Positions 50,249 through 59,507 of a stretch of DNA of 64,000 nt are shown piece after piece. The position numbers were made by a program, and so were the translations under genes. Below the pieces are notes generated by a model. The model made no database searches. It saw only the letters and a list, made by a program, of their open reading frames with translations, and was not told the DNA's origin. Numbering within the stretch: the stretch's first letter is position 1; every line of letters begins with the position of its first letter. The DNA comes from Lepidodermella squamata (Eukaryota; Animalia; Gastrotricha), in contig JBLDXI010000066.1 in NCBI GenBank assembly GCA_047495785.1, positions 558,001 to 622,000 on the forward strand, written 5' to 3'.

Positions 50249-53200
50249 TCAATGTACATTTTTCGACTTATAATGACCATGAGCAAGCGTTGTTACACCA
50301 TCATCACAAACCCATCGTTTGTCATCGTATGGGCACAGAGCGAGTTTTGTACATTGCATAGTTACTAGCTGATGATTGAAGGATCGGATTTGATTGAATG
50401 TAGCTTTTGTTAAGACATGTTTTAATACACAATTTTTATAATTTTCAAATTGTATTTGCTTTTTTACGCAATGTTTAACGACACCCTTAGCTTTCTTTAC
50501 CGATGTCTCCTTATGGAGTTCTGTATTTTCTCCAGTCGTTGAAATTACTTCAGATTTGAAGCTATAGGATTTCGATCTCAAGCCAACGAATTCAGTAATA
50601 GTAGAGAGTGTTATACCTCCTGCACTTTCGTCTTTGAACTTACCAATAACTTTCTTGTTAACGTTTGAATGTAATGCATGGTCCTTAGGGTAGTCGCTAA
50701 AGTCCATCACCTCTTTATAACTTTCTATATCCTTATATATATCCTCGGCTTGTACGTGATAACACAACGAATCTGTGTCTGTGAATAACAGCTTTGCCTT
50801 GTCACCATATTTCTTCTTGATCACATTGTAATGAAAATCATACATCAATGTCTTTGACAATTCTAAAACGCTGAAACCTACGATAATCGGGCGATCGAAT
50901 TTAATAGATGTCTTTGCCATATTTACGCTGCACAAATCTTCGGCAATCACTTTGGCATCTTTGAAATTTGGCTTGTTTATCAATTTTTGTAACTTATTGG
51001 GCTGAGTAACAAGTCTGATGTCCACTCTCTTTCTAAGGTTCTCCATGGTCTTTCCAAACACTGCATTATTCAACAGCTTGAAGAAATCTTTCTCAAAATC
51101 ATTCCTAGCTTCACTTCTCTTTTTCGTATTGAAATCAATATAAGGTGCCAACCATTTCGATTGGCTGAAGCTTAGAACCTTATGCACCTTCTTTAAAATC
51201 AAGCCATTCTCCAGAGCCTGCTTCAGATTTCTATAATGAATGACGTAGTTTGTCTTATCATTGAGATTTTGTGTCAGTTTTGTTATAGATGGCGGTTTTG
51301 ATAAATTCAAATTCTGCATGACAGTTTGCATATACGGACTGGGTTCGCAAAATGTTTGTTCGGGACAAAATGGATAATCATTATGAATATCATGTAAGGT
51401 ATTAGGATATTCTAAATCTACCATTAATATATATCCCGTATCATCGTCCTCACCTAAATTCAATATAAAATCTGTGGTAAATCTGTCCAAGTTCTTTTCC
51501 CATTTGTAACGACCTAATGGCAAGGCTTGCGACATGGCATAGCCATACAGATTATTTGCATCCAGGTATAAAATATACGAGTCCGGCTTCGAGTAATCAT
51601 ATTCAACCATGTATTTATTATTCGCTCCAGCGTATCTATGAGTGATTATGCTGACCCCACCGCGAATTCCCTCCTCTACAAATGTTAACATATCTTCATT
51701 CTCCAATAGTTCAATTCGAACACCAGTTTTCTTCAACATAGCATCCCACGACAAACTTGGCGCTGTTAAATAATGAGCAGGGTCCAATGTGTAATACTTC
51801 ATACATGTATCTCTGAAACTCTCGAAACAGTCGGCTAAGAGTAAAACATCGGTTTTCAAAAAAAGGCTATGATAGTCTTTGAATTGTTGACATCGGAATT
51901 CTTTATATACGCGTTTGGCATGTTCATAATCTTCCTGCGATATTGGTACTCGCCCTGATTTCCCATCAATCGAACTCGAGTGGAGACTGGTAGAGAAATG
52001 TTCCATATCAGGCAGTGAAGGCTCCTCCAGTTTTTCAGGACCATCTATATATTCATACGGATAGAATCCCTTTTGTTTTATCAGGTCAAGTTGTAAATCT
52101 GTTAATCTTGGAAACTGGTTTTTCAGATGAGGGAACCCACCGTTCGATTTTTTCAAATTCTGTACCAAATCAGCTAAACTTACCGGCATGAAGTTGAGGC
52201 TGTCTATGAACCTCAATCGGCCAATGCTGAAAGAGATGTATTTCTCAGAACTATTTGCGATGGTTCCTATCTGTAACAAACGTTTCTTCACATGAGATTT
52301 CTGCTCCTTCGGCAATTGCTCCCATTCTGATATTCTTTTATTATTAATTTCTTCTATTACCTTTCCCGCTGCTTGTAAAATCAAATGTGCATCATAACCT
52401 TTCAAATTATGAAATACTACTGGAATATTGATATTCCTGTAGCTGTATTTCAAATTGCAGAAACTATGAGCTGCGCCTCTGTAATAGCCTGTCAAATGAT
52501 CATGATCTCTCACTTTTTTCCATTTTTCCGACTCATCTGCAAAAGCTCCTTTACAAATATGGCATTGTGAAGCTTTGTTATATTCTGTTTTTTGCTGCCC
52601 TGTCAGCGTCATTGCTTTATTAGTATTCCTCAGATATGAAGTCAAGAATGATTCCTGTTTCATCAGATATTTAAGAAATTCTTCGGTGCATTTCTCGCCC
52701 TCGAATGTTTTATACCTCGAGTTAATGCCTTCGACATCACTTGAAAGGTAAACACCGAAAGAGTTCGCTTCATGTTTTTGATAAATAGTGGAGCTGGCAC
52801 CCTTTTTCTGATTGGTCTTCACGAGAAAACTCTCTGCGTCACAATAAAATGCAAAAGGGATTTTCAACTGCTTGGCGTAATTTTTGAAAGTAACCGATTC
52901 ACCCTTAGGCATTTCAACTTTCACTTTTCCATCTTTCTCATTACACTTCTTTTCATTGACATGATGTTGCCTGGATTCATCGCTATTAAAACCCTGAAAG
53001 CATCTGAAACACCAGAATCGCTTATGCTCATGCTTGTTAACTCCTGCCAACAGTGCACTAGGATTCTTGATCCAGCAGTAATGTGCTTGCTTGTTCTCAA
53101 CAATTCTGAGAAGATTTACTTCTTCTTGAAATTTCTTATCTGAAACGTAAAACGGGAAGAGGACCTCCTTGTCGATTTTCCCGCATTCAATGATATTGAT

Positions 53201-54490
53201 GCGTATTTCATTCAAGTCTTCCAATTTCGATATGTCTTTTATGCTAATCGGGAAAGCTATTCCGTCGGTATTAATTGTCTTTTCAAAGTTCATATATTTA
53301 GAAACCCGATATGCATGATTGTCAAATTGATGCCGCGAAGCGAGAATGCTCCATACGATACATTTATTATCTGATTTGTTTTGAACGTTAATGACTGCTT
53401 TTTTATTCGCAATCCATTTTGGTGTCTCTAAGTAAGAACCTGCTGCTAATGGCTTGTATGTAAACGTGCATACACTTGTATTTCCTATTCCTATCAGCGT
53501 CCCACCTGTCTCTCGTTGATGATACTCTTGAATGCTCGAACCCATTTGTGTGAACATATTATCCACAATACCAGGAATATCGTCCTGATTTATAATTGTT
53601 GGAGCTTTCTCATTCGATGAGCTCCATTGGTATGTTGGAACACCGTTATTCTCTTGGTAGTAAAGTGATGTATACAGCACTGCTCTTACTGGACCGCGCT
53701 GGTTAATTAGTTTCCGATACTCGTTAATAACCTTGGGCTTGATTTTCTTTGCATATTCGTAAAAATCGATTTCACAATTATTTGTTGGCTCTATGTCCGT
53801 GCGAGTGAGAATATTTTTGAAATGCCCAAAGTCATCTATTTTAACTATATGAAAGTAATCATCTTTTTCCAAGCTATTGGTGCTTTGAACGTATTTATAT
53901 CCATTGGCAATCAGTTGATTAAATTTATCCCCATTAATTTTGATTTTATTCATTGTTTTGGGGTTGACAACAAAGCCATCCTTTTCCTGTCTTTTGCACA
54001 TCCTATTTGAATCATCTTTTATTGCATATCCTTGTCTTCTAAAGCTTTCATATCTATCTCCTCCAATCACGATAGGCTTCCCTGTAATCGGATCGAATAC
54101 GTAACCATCTCTGATTCTACTCTTGTATTTGGTTAATATGTTATTTTTGGAATCGTAAGCGTGTGTATTTCGAACCAACTTGATAAACTCTCGTGATCCA
54201 ACTTCTATCTTTCTATTGTTTAAAATGGTGACTTTCTTTAGTTGGTTTCTATACTTCTCATATACGTAATTACCATTTACCAACTGATTGAATATATCAC
54301 CATTAACAGGGATCAACTTTCTATTTTCGGGATTTAAAACATGTTGAACATATGGATGTCCATTCTTATACCATTTACTACCCGTTTCATCGTATGAAAA
54401 ACCGTCTTTAATATACTGTTTATAGGCTTTTCCACCTTTTTTAATGGGGAAACCCTTCGGACCAAGTATGCTCAAATTTTCGTTACTCAT
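50249..54490 (-). CDS. pPolB: Protein-primed family B DNA polymerase (1413 aa) with N-terminal repeats, OTU-like region, zinc finger and endonuclease VII-like insert
   Basis: Exo motifs YCDAES, FHNLKGYD, FIDS; pol motifs YLDANNLYG, KLLNNAVFGK, FTDTDS; DNKC...HY OTU-like dyad; CHIC...VRDHDHLTG.YRGAAH..CN insert. Confidence 0.97.
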   Translation of the reverse strand: MSNENLSILGPKGFPIKKGGKAYKQYIKDGFSYDETGSKWYKNGHPYVQHVLNPENRKLIPVNGDIFNQLVNGNYVYEKYRNQLKKVTILNNRKIEVGSREFIKLVRNTHAYDSKNNILTKYKSRIRDGYVFDPITGKPIVIGGDRYESFRRQGYAIKDDSNRMCKRQEKDGFVVNPKTMNKIKINGDKFNQLIANGYKYVQSTNSLEKDDYFHIVKIDDFGHFKNILTRTDIEPTNNCEIDFYEYAKKIKPKVINEYRKLINQRGPVRAVLYTSLYYQENNGVPTYQWSSSNEKAPTIINQDDIPGIVDNMFTQMGSSIQEYHQRETGGTLIGIGNTSVCTFTYKPLAAGSYLETPKWIANKKAVINVQNKSDNKCIVWSILASRHQFDNHAYRVSKYMNFEKTINTDGIAFPISIKDISKLEDLNEIRINIIECGKIDKEVLFPFYVSDKKFQEEVNLLRIVENKQAHYCWIKNPSALLAGVNKHEHKRFWCFRCFQGFNSDESRQHHVNEKKCNEKDGKVKVEMPKGESVTFKNYAKQLKIPFAFYCDAESFLVKTNQKKGASSTIYQKHEANSFGVYLSSDVEGINSRYKTFEGEKCTEEFLKYLMKQESFLTSYLRNTNKAMTLTGQQKTEYNKASQCHICKGAFADESEKWKKVRDHDHLTGYYRGAAHSFCNLKYSYRNINIPVVFHNLKGYDAHLILQAAGKVIEEINNKRISEWEQLPKEQKSHVKKRLLQIGTIANSSEKYISFSIGRLRFIDSLNFMPVSLADLVQNLKKSNGGFPHLKNQFPRLTDLQLDLIKQKGFYPYEYIDGPEKLEEPSLPDMEHFSTSLHSSSIDGKSGRVPISQEDYEHAKRVYKEFRCQQFKDYHSLFLKTDVLLLADCFESFRDTCMKYYTLDPAHYLTAPSLSWDAMLKKTGVRIELLENEDMLTFVEEGIRGGVSIITHRYAGANNKYMVEYDYSKPDSYILYLDANNLYGYAMSQALPLGRYKWEKNLDRFTTDFILNLGEDDDTGYILMVDLEYPNTLHDIHNDYPFCPEQTFCEPSPYMQTVMQNLNLSKPPSITKLTQNLNDKTNYVIHYRNLKQALENGLILKKVHKVLSFSQSKWLAPYIDFNTKKRSEARNDFEKDFFKLLNNAVFGKTMENLRKRVDIRLVTQPNKLQKLINKPNFKDAKVIAEDLCSVNMAKTSIKFDRPIIVGFSVLELSKTLMYDFHYNVIKKKYGDKAKLLFTDTDSLCYHVQAEDIYKDIESYKEVMDFSDYPKDHALHSNVNKKVIGKFKDESAGGITLSTITEFVGLRSKSYSFKSEVISTTGENTELHKETSVKKAKGVVKHCVKKQIQFENYKNCVLKHVLTKATFNQIRSFNHQLVTMQCTKLALCPYDDKRWVCDDGVTTLAHGHYKSKNVH

Positions 54491-54596
54491 TCTTATATAA
54501 TATTATATTAAGAAAATATTTCTTTAAGTAAAATTCTCCCTGGTAAAGCTTAAAATTATTTTCTCTTTATAATGTATATATATAAGAAAATTCAGA
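54491..54596. promoter_or_regulatory. Divergent AT-rich promoter region with inverted TATTTTCT...TATAAT...TATATAAGA modules
   Basis: Same motif order precedes the pPolB ATG (minus) and the 54597 ATG (plus). Confidence 0.5.
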
Positions 54597-54890
54597 ATGG
54601 ATTCAAACAATAAGAAGCCGAGAGGTAGACCCAAAAAATATTTGACGGAGGAAGAAAGGATATCAGCATATAAGGAGGTTCATAAAAACAGTTGTAAAAA
54701 GTATTGGCGAGAAATATCAAACATGGCGAAATTGAGTGATATGCTGCTTAACACGACAGAGAAATTGTTGGTTATTTCCGAGAAACAATTGGAGGAAATT
54801 GTCGGTAACATTATTGCGAACAAATTGAGAAATTGTTCTCACTTCAAAATACGTAATGTACACATAATAAATAACGCAAAAGATGAATGA
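54597..54890 (+). CDS. Small AT-hook protein
   Basis: KKPRGRPKK AT-hook followed by a helical region. Confidence 0.7.
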   Translation: MDSNNKKPRGRPKKYLTEEERISAYKEVHKNSCKKYWREISNMAKLSDMLLNTTEKLLVISEKQLEEIVGNIIANKLRNCSHFKIRNVHIINNAKDE

Positions 54891-54898
54891 ATTACTCA

Positions 54899-56452
54899 TC
54901 AATCTATAAGATTTTCGGCTTTCTCCCATGTGGGATGATCATAGCCCGCCCATTTAATTAACACCATTTCCTTACCTTTAACCGTTTTCTTTTGTAATAT
55001 CTTCTCAACGCGGTGAATGCTGTTGTCGTATAAATCATTTTCGCTTATTTTAGATTTCAATAGCTCTTGCTCATAGAAACTTCCGACTACTTCCTCGCCA
55101 TCTAATGCTCTCAATTTATACGTTCTAGGGTATGTATCATTGATCTTCACTATTCTTAACAACTCTTCAGACCAATTAGGATGAAAACCCTTTTCGAAAA
55201 GTTCTTTAATTCTACTAATCCTGACAATGTCGTTTACCTTAAATTTTGGCTTTTTCAATTTAGGCGGGGGGTTAGGGTAGAGACTTCGTAATACTCTATC
55301 TTTATTGATCGGATTCACTGCTTCGGATGGGGTCATATTAATAGATCTATGTTCCTTATTGTTATATTCATCTAATAAGGAATCTATCATATCGATCCAC
55401 TTTCGAGTATTTTCAAGAGTAAACCTCTTCCACATCATTGTTTTCAGTGTTCTATTAAATCGCTCTATGATTGGGTTATGGAAATTCTCGTACGTTGAAT
55501 ACCTGATGACTTCATTTGCTTTCAGCCATTTTGTGAAAGTTGAGTTGTAGAATTCACTACCTTCATCAACCCAAATATTCTTCGGTTTTCTTTTACTCTT
55601 GTTGATGATAGTTGTGAAAGCATCAAATACAGTTTTAGCGTCTTTAGTTTTCAACGGGACAGCCCACGCATATTTGGAAAAGCAATCAATAACAGTTAAT
55701 AGGTATTTATAGCCTTCGTTGTCATCAGCTAGATCATTCATGAAGCACAGATCCATACCCCATGTTTCGTCCACATCGTGAAGAATTACTCTGCGCCGCG
55801 GGAATCTCTTTCTAGCCGGTTTGTGTAACTCATCAGCTAAAATGGGAAAATTCACTTTGCTTGTTCCCCTATTCATCTTCTCTATCGTGCTGTCCTTATC
55901 TGATTGAAGCTTGAGTTTTTCAGCGTTTCCTGCTAATTTCTTCTGCTGTCTTTTCGGTTTTGAAACTTCACCGATATATTTTGTTGCAGTATAATCCACA
56001 GGCTTTCGTTGCCGCAATTCGTATCCTTCACCATGGCACTCGTCTTCCCGACGCTCGTATCCTGTAGGCATTCGGCCTCCATGGAATTTATCGGCTAGGC
56101 CTCCTTCGTGGAAGGTTTTGTATACGAACGCCGCCATGGCTCTCTCGTATCCGCTTTTCGAATTGTCGTTGGCTATCTTGAAGGCTTCATCGGCTAGAAT
56201 TCTGTCCGCTCTTGTCCTCATTTCTCGATCTTTATATTTCCAATAGTAATAGTCGTGAACTTTAGCTGCCTTGTCCAGATCATTGATGCCTTCATATCCT
56301 TCCTTCATTCGCTGGACGAAATTTGTACCTGGTCCAGCGTAACTATACTTCTGCGTGTTGTTGAATGATCCGCGGGGACGATATTCACCTTTGACCGGGT
56401 AAGAGGGGAGATGCAATTCTACCGGCAAGTTATTGATAATTCCGTCGAACAT
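54899..56452 (-). CDS. INT: Parvovirus-type phospholipase A2 + RVE integrase + chromodomain fusion (517 aa)
   Basis: YAGPGT...INDLDKAAKVHDYYY...AD; DDE triad WGMDL / WVDEGSEF / IERFNRTLK; C-terminal VEKIL...VLIKWAGY...TWE. Confidence 0.95.
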   Translation of the reverse strand: MFDGIINNLPVELHLPSYPVKGEYRPRGSFNNTQKYSYAGPGTNFVQRMKEGYEGINDLDKAAKVHDYYYWKYKDREMRTRADRILADEAFKIANDNSKSGYERAMAAFVYKTFHEGGLADKFHGGRMPTGYERREDECHGEGYELRQRKPVDYTATKYIGEVSKPKRQQKKLAGNAEKLKLQSDKDSTIEKMNRGTSKVNFPILADELHKPARKRFPRRRVILHDVDETWGMDLCFMNDLADDNEGYKYLLTVIDCFSKYAWAVPLKTKDAKTVFDAFTTIINKSKRKPKNIWVDEGSEFYNSTFTKWLKANEVIRYSTYENFHNPIIERFNRTLKTMMWKRFTLENTRKWIDMIDSLLDEYNNKEHRSINMTPSEAVNPINKDRVLRSLYPNPPPKLKKPKFKVNDIVRISRIKELFEKGFHPNWSEELLRIVKINDTYPRTYKLRALDGEEVVGSFYEQELLKSKISENDLYDNSIHRVEKILQKKTVKGKEMVLIKWAGYDHPTWEKAENLID

Positions 56453-56473
56453 TTCACAATGTTTATAACAGCA

Positions 56474-56487
56474 TTAGAAATTTCTAA
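56474..56487. promoter_or_regulatory. Palindromic double TCTA element between divergent integrase and ATPase genes
   Basis: Perfect palindrome TTAGAAATTTCTAA gives TCTA 12 nt before ATG 56499 and 22 nt before ATG 56452. Confidence 0.6.
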
Positions 56488-56498
56488 TTGGAATGTAA

Positions 56499-57209
56499 AT
56501 GATCAATTTTGATTCAATAATCCCAAAAAGCGAGTATTCGCCGCTAAATATCTCTCCTTTTTACCCGCAGCATTGTTTCCGAGCAATTATTATCGGTCCA
56601 AGCAATACCGGTAAAACTAATGATTTGCTCAATATCATTCATAATTCGGTTTTTCATAAGCTGTACATTTACTCTAAAACTTTGGATGAAGACAAATACC
56701 AGTTCTTGATAAATTTGCAGAAAGCTAAAGAAGCCGAGTTGAAAATGAAAGGAATAAACGAGTCACTTATTCACTTTTCCACAGATATAGCAGATGTCAT
56801 GCCCCTTGATAAGCTCGACAAGAAGTATCAGCACTTGTATGTCTTTGATGATATTTGCCTGGAAAATGCTAAGAGCCAAGAGAAATACATTGGCGATTTG
56901 TTTATTAGGTCGCGAAAGTACAATTGCTCCGTGGCATACTTGAGCCAGTCATATTTTAAAATTCCCAAAATAATTCGTGACAATGCGCAATTCCTCGTTT
57001 TGAAAAAGTTGACTGACGGGCGGGAACTTCCGACAATTCACAGAATTCACGCTGGAGAAATCGGAAAGGATGAATTCATGAAAAAGTACGAACTAAGCGT
57101 TTCGTCATATAACAATCACGGGTCTTTTATAATTGACAGCGTAATAAAACACAAGTCGCTGAAACTGAGGGCAAATTATACAGGAATATTTTACGGCGAA
57201 CCTCTGTAA
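56499..57209 (+). CDS. A32/FtsK-like genome packaging ATPase
   Basis: Walker A GPSNTGKT, Walker B LYVFDD, RSRKYNCSVAYLSQSYF, IRDNA. Confidence 0.95.
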   Translation: MINFDSIIPKSEYSPLNISPFYPQHCFRAIIIGPSNTGKTNDLLNIIHNSVFHKLYIYSKTLDEDKYQFLINLQKAKEAELKMKGINESLIHFSTDIADVMPLDKLDKKYQHLYVFDDICLENAKSQEKYIGDLFIRSRKYNCSVAYLSQSYFKIPKIIRDNAQFLVLKKLTDGRELPTIHRIHAGEIGKDEFMKKYELSVSSYNNHGSFIIDSVIKHKSLKLRANYTGIFYGEPL

Positions 57210-57231
57210 GTAAAATCTAGTCTTAATTCAA

Positions 57232-58395
57232 ATGCCGATCAAAGAACTCTCAATCACCGAACAAATAAAAATTTTAGAGCAATTAGATAGAGAAGAGAAG
57301 TTGTATGATAAAAACCTCGCGCTTGCAAGTCGCGATTCTTATGCGCTCAAGCACAAATTTGGGGTGGAAACCGAACCGAGCCCACTAACAGCCATTCAAA
57401 CAGCTATCAACCAACGACCAACCACCGATGCAATACGTAATTTGCAAAATTCGATCAAGGAATTAGTTGTTAAAAAGAAACCACCAATATTTAAGCACAG
57501 CACTCCATCTATCTCTGCCTCCGCATCCCCTGTAGCTTTAAAAATCCCTAAGCTTGAGTATGAGAGCCCTGAAAAAAGTAGGTTAGTCTCTTCGCGAAAT
57601 TCAGAAACTGATGAAAGTGAAAAAGATTCTGATTCTGACTCATCGAAGGAGAATGAGGATGCCCAAGAAGGGACATATGACACTGAAGAAATGAATGCTG
57701 TCATCCGTCAGCATAATTTCCCTACAATTGAAAAAATTAAACAAGAAGACATAGAAGAAGCCGTGGTAAGTTTGGCCACATACAACAGACAGGTCTTAGG
57801 GGTTAAGCTCTCTAATCTGACTCGAGCAGGGAAAAGAGATTCAGATGACTATAATAGAATTAAGCGCGACATTGCAGTTCTGAGGGACTATCGCGAAAAA
57901 TTAAAAAGCAAGCAGCTAGGTGAGGGTTTCACCAAACCAACCCCAAAAAATCTCCGGAAGTTTGGACGATTTTACGTACGCAAGGAAGATTTACATGATG
58001 GGTGGCTCCGGGTCAGAAAAAAGAATCAAGGCAGAGTGTTTGATGAGCAAATTTCTGATGGCGTGAGAAATCTCATTTTGAAGCGATATGAACCGAAAAA
58101 GTACAAATACACCCAAGAAGATTTGTCTCATTTTCAAGACATTTGTCGCAGGACCGGATACAAACCGAAACCTCACTCCGGCGTAAAATCTGAACTCGTC
58201 ATTTCTAAGCAGTCTGGTTCTGCGCTTTTTGTGACATTGCAGGATGCGCAAAGGCGAATGCTGCACTGTTTGGGAGAAATTAGAGCAGGTAATAACAATG
58301 AAGAAATTAGGAACGAATTGGTTTCTATTGCGGACTTGTTGCTGAAGCATGGTAAAATAACGAAGGAAGAATATAAAACTGTGTGTAGCATATAG
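57232..58395 (+). CDS. Polinton conserved protein (putative core protein)
   Basis: 387-aa ORF in the structural module; C-terminal LGEIRAGNNN motif familiar from Polinton ORFs. Confidence 0.65.
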   Translation: MPIKELSITEQIKILEQLDREEKLYDKNLALASRDSYALKHKFGVETEPSPLTAIQTAINQRPTTDAIRNLQNSIKELVVKKKPPIFKHSTPSISASASPVALKIPKLEYESPEKSRLVSSRNSETDESEKDSDSDSSKENEDAQEGTYDTEEMNAVIRQHNFPTIEKIKQEDIEEAVVSLATYNRQVLGVKLSNLTRAGKRDSDDYNRIKRDIAVLRDYREKLKSKQLGEGFTKPTPKNLRKFGRFYVRKEDLHDGWLRVRKKNQGRVFDEQISDGVRNLILKRYEPKKYKYTQEDLSHFQDICRRTGYKPKPHSGVKSELVISKQSGSALFVTLQDAQRRMLHCLGEIRAGNNNEEIRNELVSIADLLLKHGKITKEEYKTVCSI

Positions 58396-58419
58396 GGAAT
58401 TATCTAGTTTCAAATAAAA

Positions 58420-59166
58420 ATGAGTCTGAGCCCGATTTTCTTACCACTAGAGTATCTTTCAAATAATCGAAGTTCTCGAAATAACACCATCGACCGATAC
58501 CTCAATGATAAAATAGACTTCACTGGAAGACGAATTGCAGTTAGTTATATTCATTTCAGCGACACGTTTCACAACGTTTCCGCTCGTTATGGTAATAATA
58601 TATTGGAATACTCACTAAATGACGATATTTACGAAGTGGTTTTCCCCGATGGGACTTACACCTTTCAAGATTTTAACAATTACCTGCATTTTCAGATGAA
58701 GTTGAACGGCCATTTCACTGTTGACAACGCAAGAGGAGTAGACATTTTTGGCATAAATATAAGTGTCAACACCGTTTTCAGTTGCGTAAGTGTGAGGATT
58801 TTAGAAAATTATTCTTTGATAGTAGAAACTGAAGCTATGGCCCGGTTTCTCGGGGTCAACATAGGCTCATATGAGCGCGATTTCAATTCCCAAAACGTCC
58901 CTGATGTGACTATGGGGCTGGATACAATGTTTGTTCATTGTTCCGTGGTTAATAATAGCGTAATCCCCGAATACAACACGGTGATTTTTACATGCCCTAT
59001 CAACAAAAAATTTGGGGAACACGTCAACTACATTCCGAACGAGAAAAGGTTCCTAATGTGCACAAACGCGAATACGCAAAATATTCGAATTTGGCTTACT
59101 AATCAAGAAGGAAACGAGATTTACTTTGTGGAAAATAGATGGGGGATAGGTATAGATATAATCTAG
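58420..59166 (+). CDS. Minor capsid protein (penton, single jelly roll)
   Basis: Size and position; NVSARYGNN, FPDGTYT, FVHCSVVNNS, IRIWLTNQEG motifs. Confidence 0.85.
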   Translation: MSLSPIFLPLEYLSNNRSSRNNTIDRYLNDKIDFTGRRIAVSYIHFSDTFHNVSARYGNNILEYSLNDDIYEVVFPDGTYTFQDFNNYLHFQMKLNGHFTVDNARGVDIFGINISVNTVFSCVSVRILENYSLIVETEAMARFLGVNIGSYERDFNSQNVPDVTMGLDTMFVHCSVVNNSVIPEYNTVIFTCPINKKFGEHVNYIPNEKRFLMCTNANTQNIRIWLTNQEGNEIYFVENRWGIGIDII

Positions 59167-59190
59167 TGCTTATCTAGTTATTGCTGAATT

Positions 59191-59493
59191 ATGAATAATC
59201 GAAAAAGAAAGCGCGTTTACATTTCTGGTCGAGGATTCGTCGATGTTGGTAGAAACATTTTATCCAAAATAATAGCAGCATCAACTGAACCAGCTCAAAA
59301 TTTTGTCAAAGCAGCGCTGAAAACTGGGTCAGAAGCTGCAGGAGATAAAGTGGGAAGTTTCGTAGCAACAAAATTGACTGAAAAAGTGCTGCCTAGCTCT
59401 GACACAGCTAATCTTAAAGCCATAGAGGAGCTCGAGCGCAAAATTAAAAATAATATAAATTCATACTCAGGCTCTGGATTTAAAAAAATCTAA
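59191..59493 (+). CDS. Small basic/amphipathic virion core protein
   Basis: RKRKR, ISGRGF and YSGSGF protease-site-like motifs; directly upstream of the major capsid gene. Confidence 0.65.
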   Translation: MNNRKRKRVYISGRGFVDVGRNILSKIIAASTEPAQNFVKAALKTGSEAAGDKVGSFVATKLTEKVLPSSDTANLKAIEELERKIKNNINSYSGSGFKKI

Positions 59494-59507
59494 TCCTTTG
59501 GTAAATT

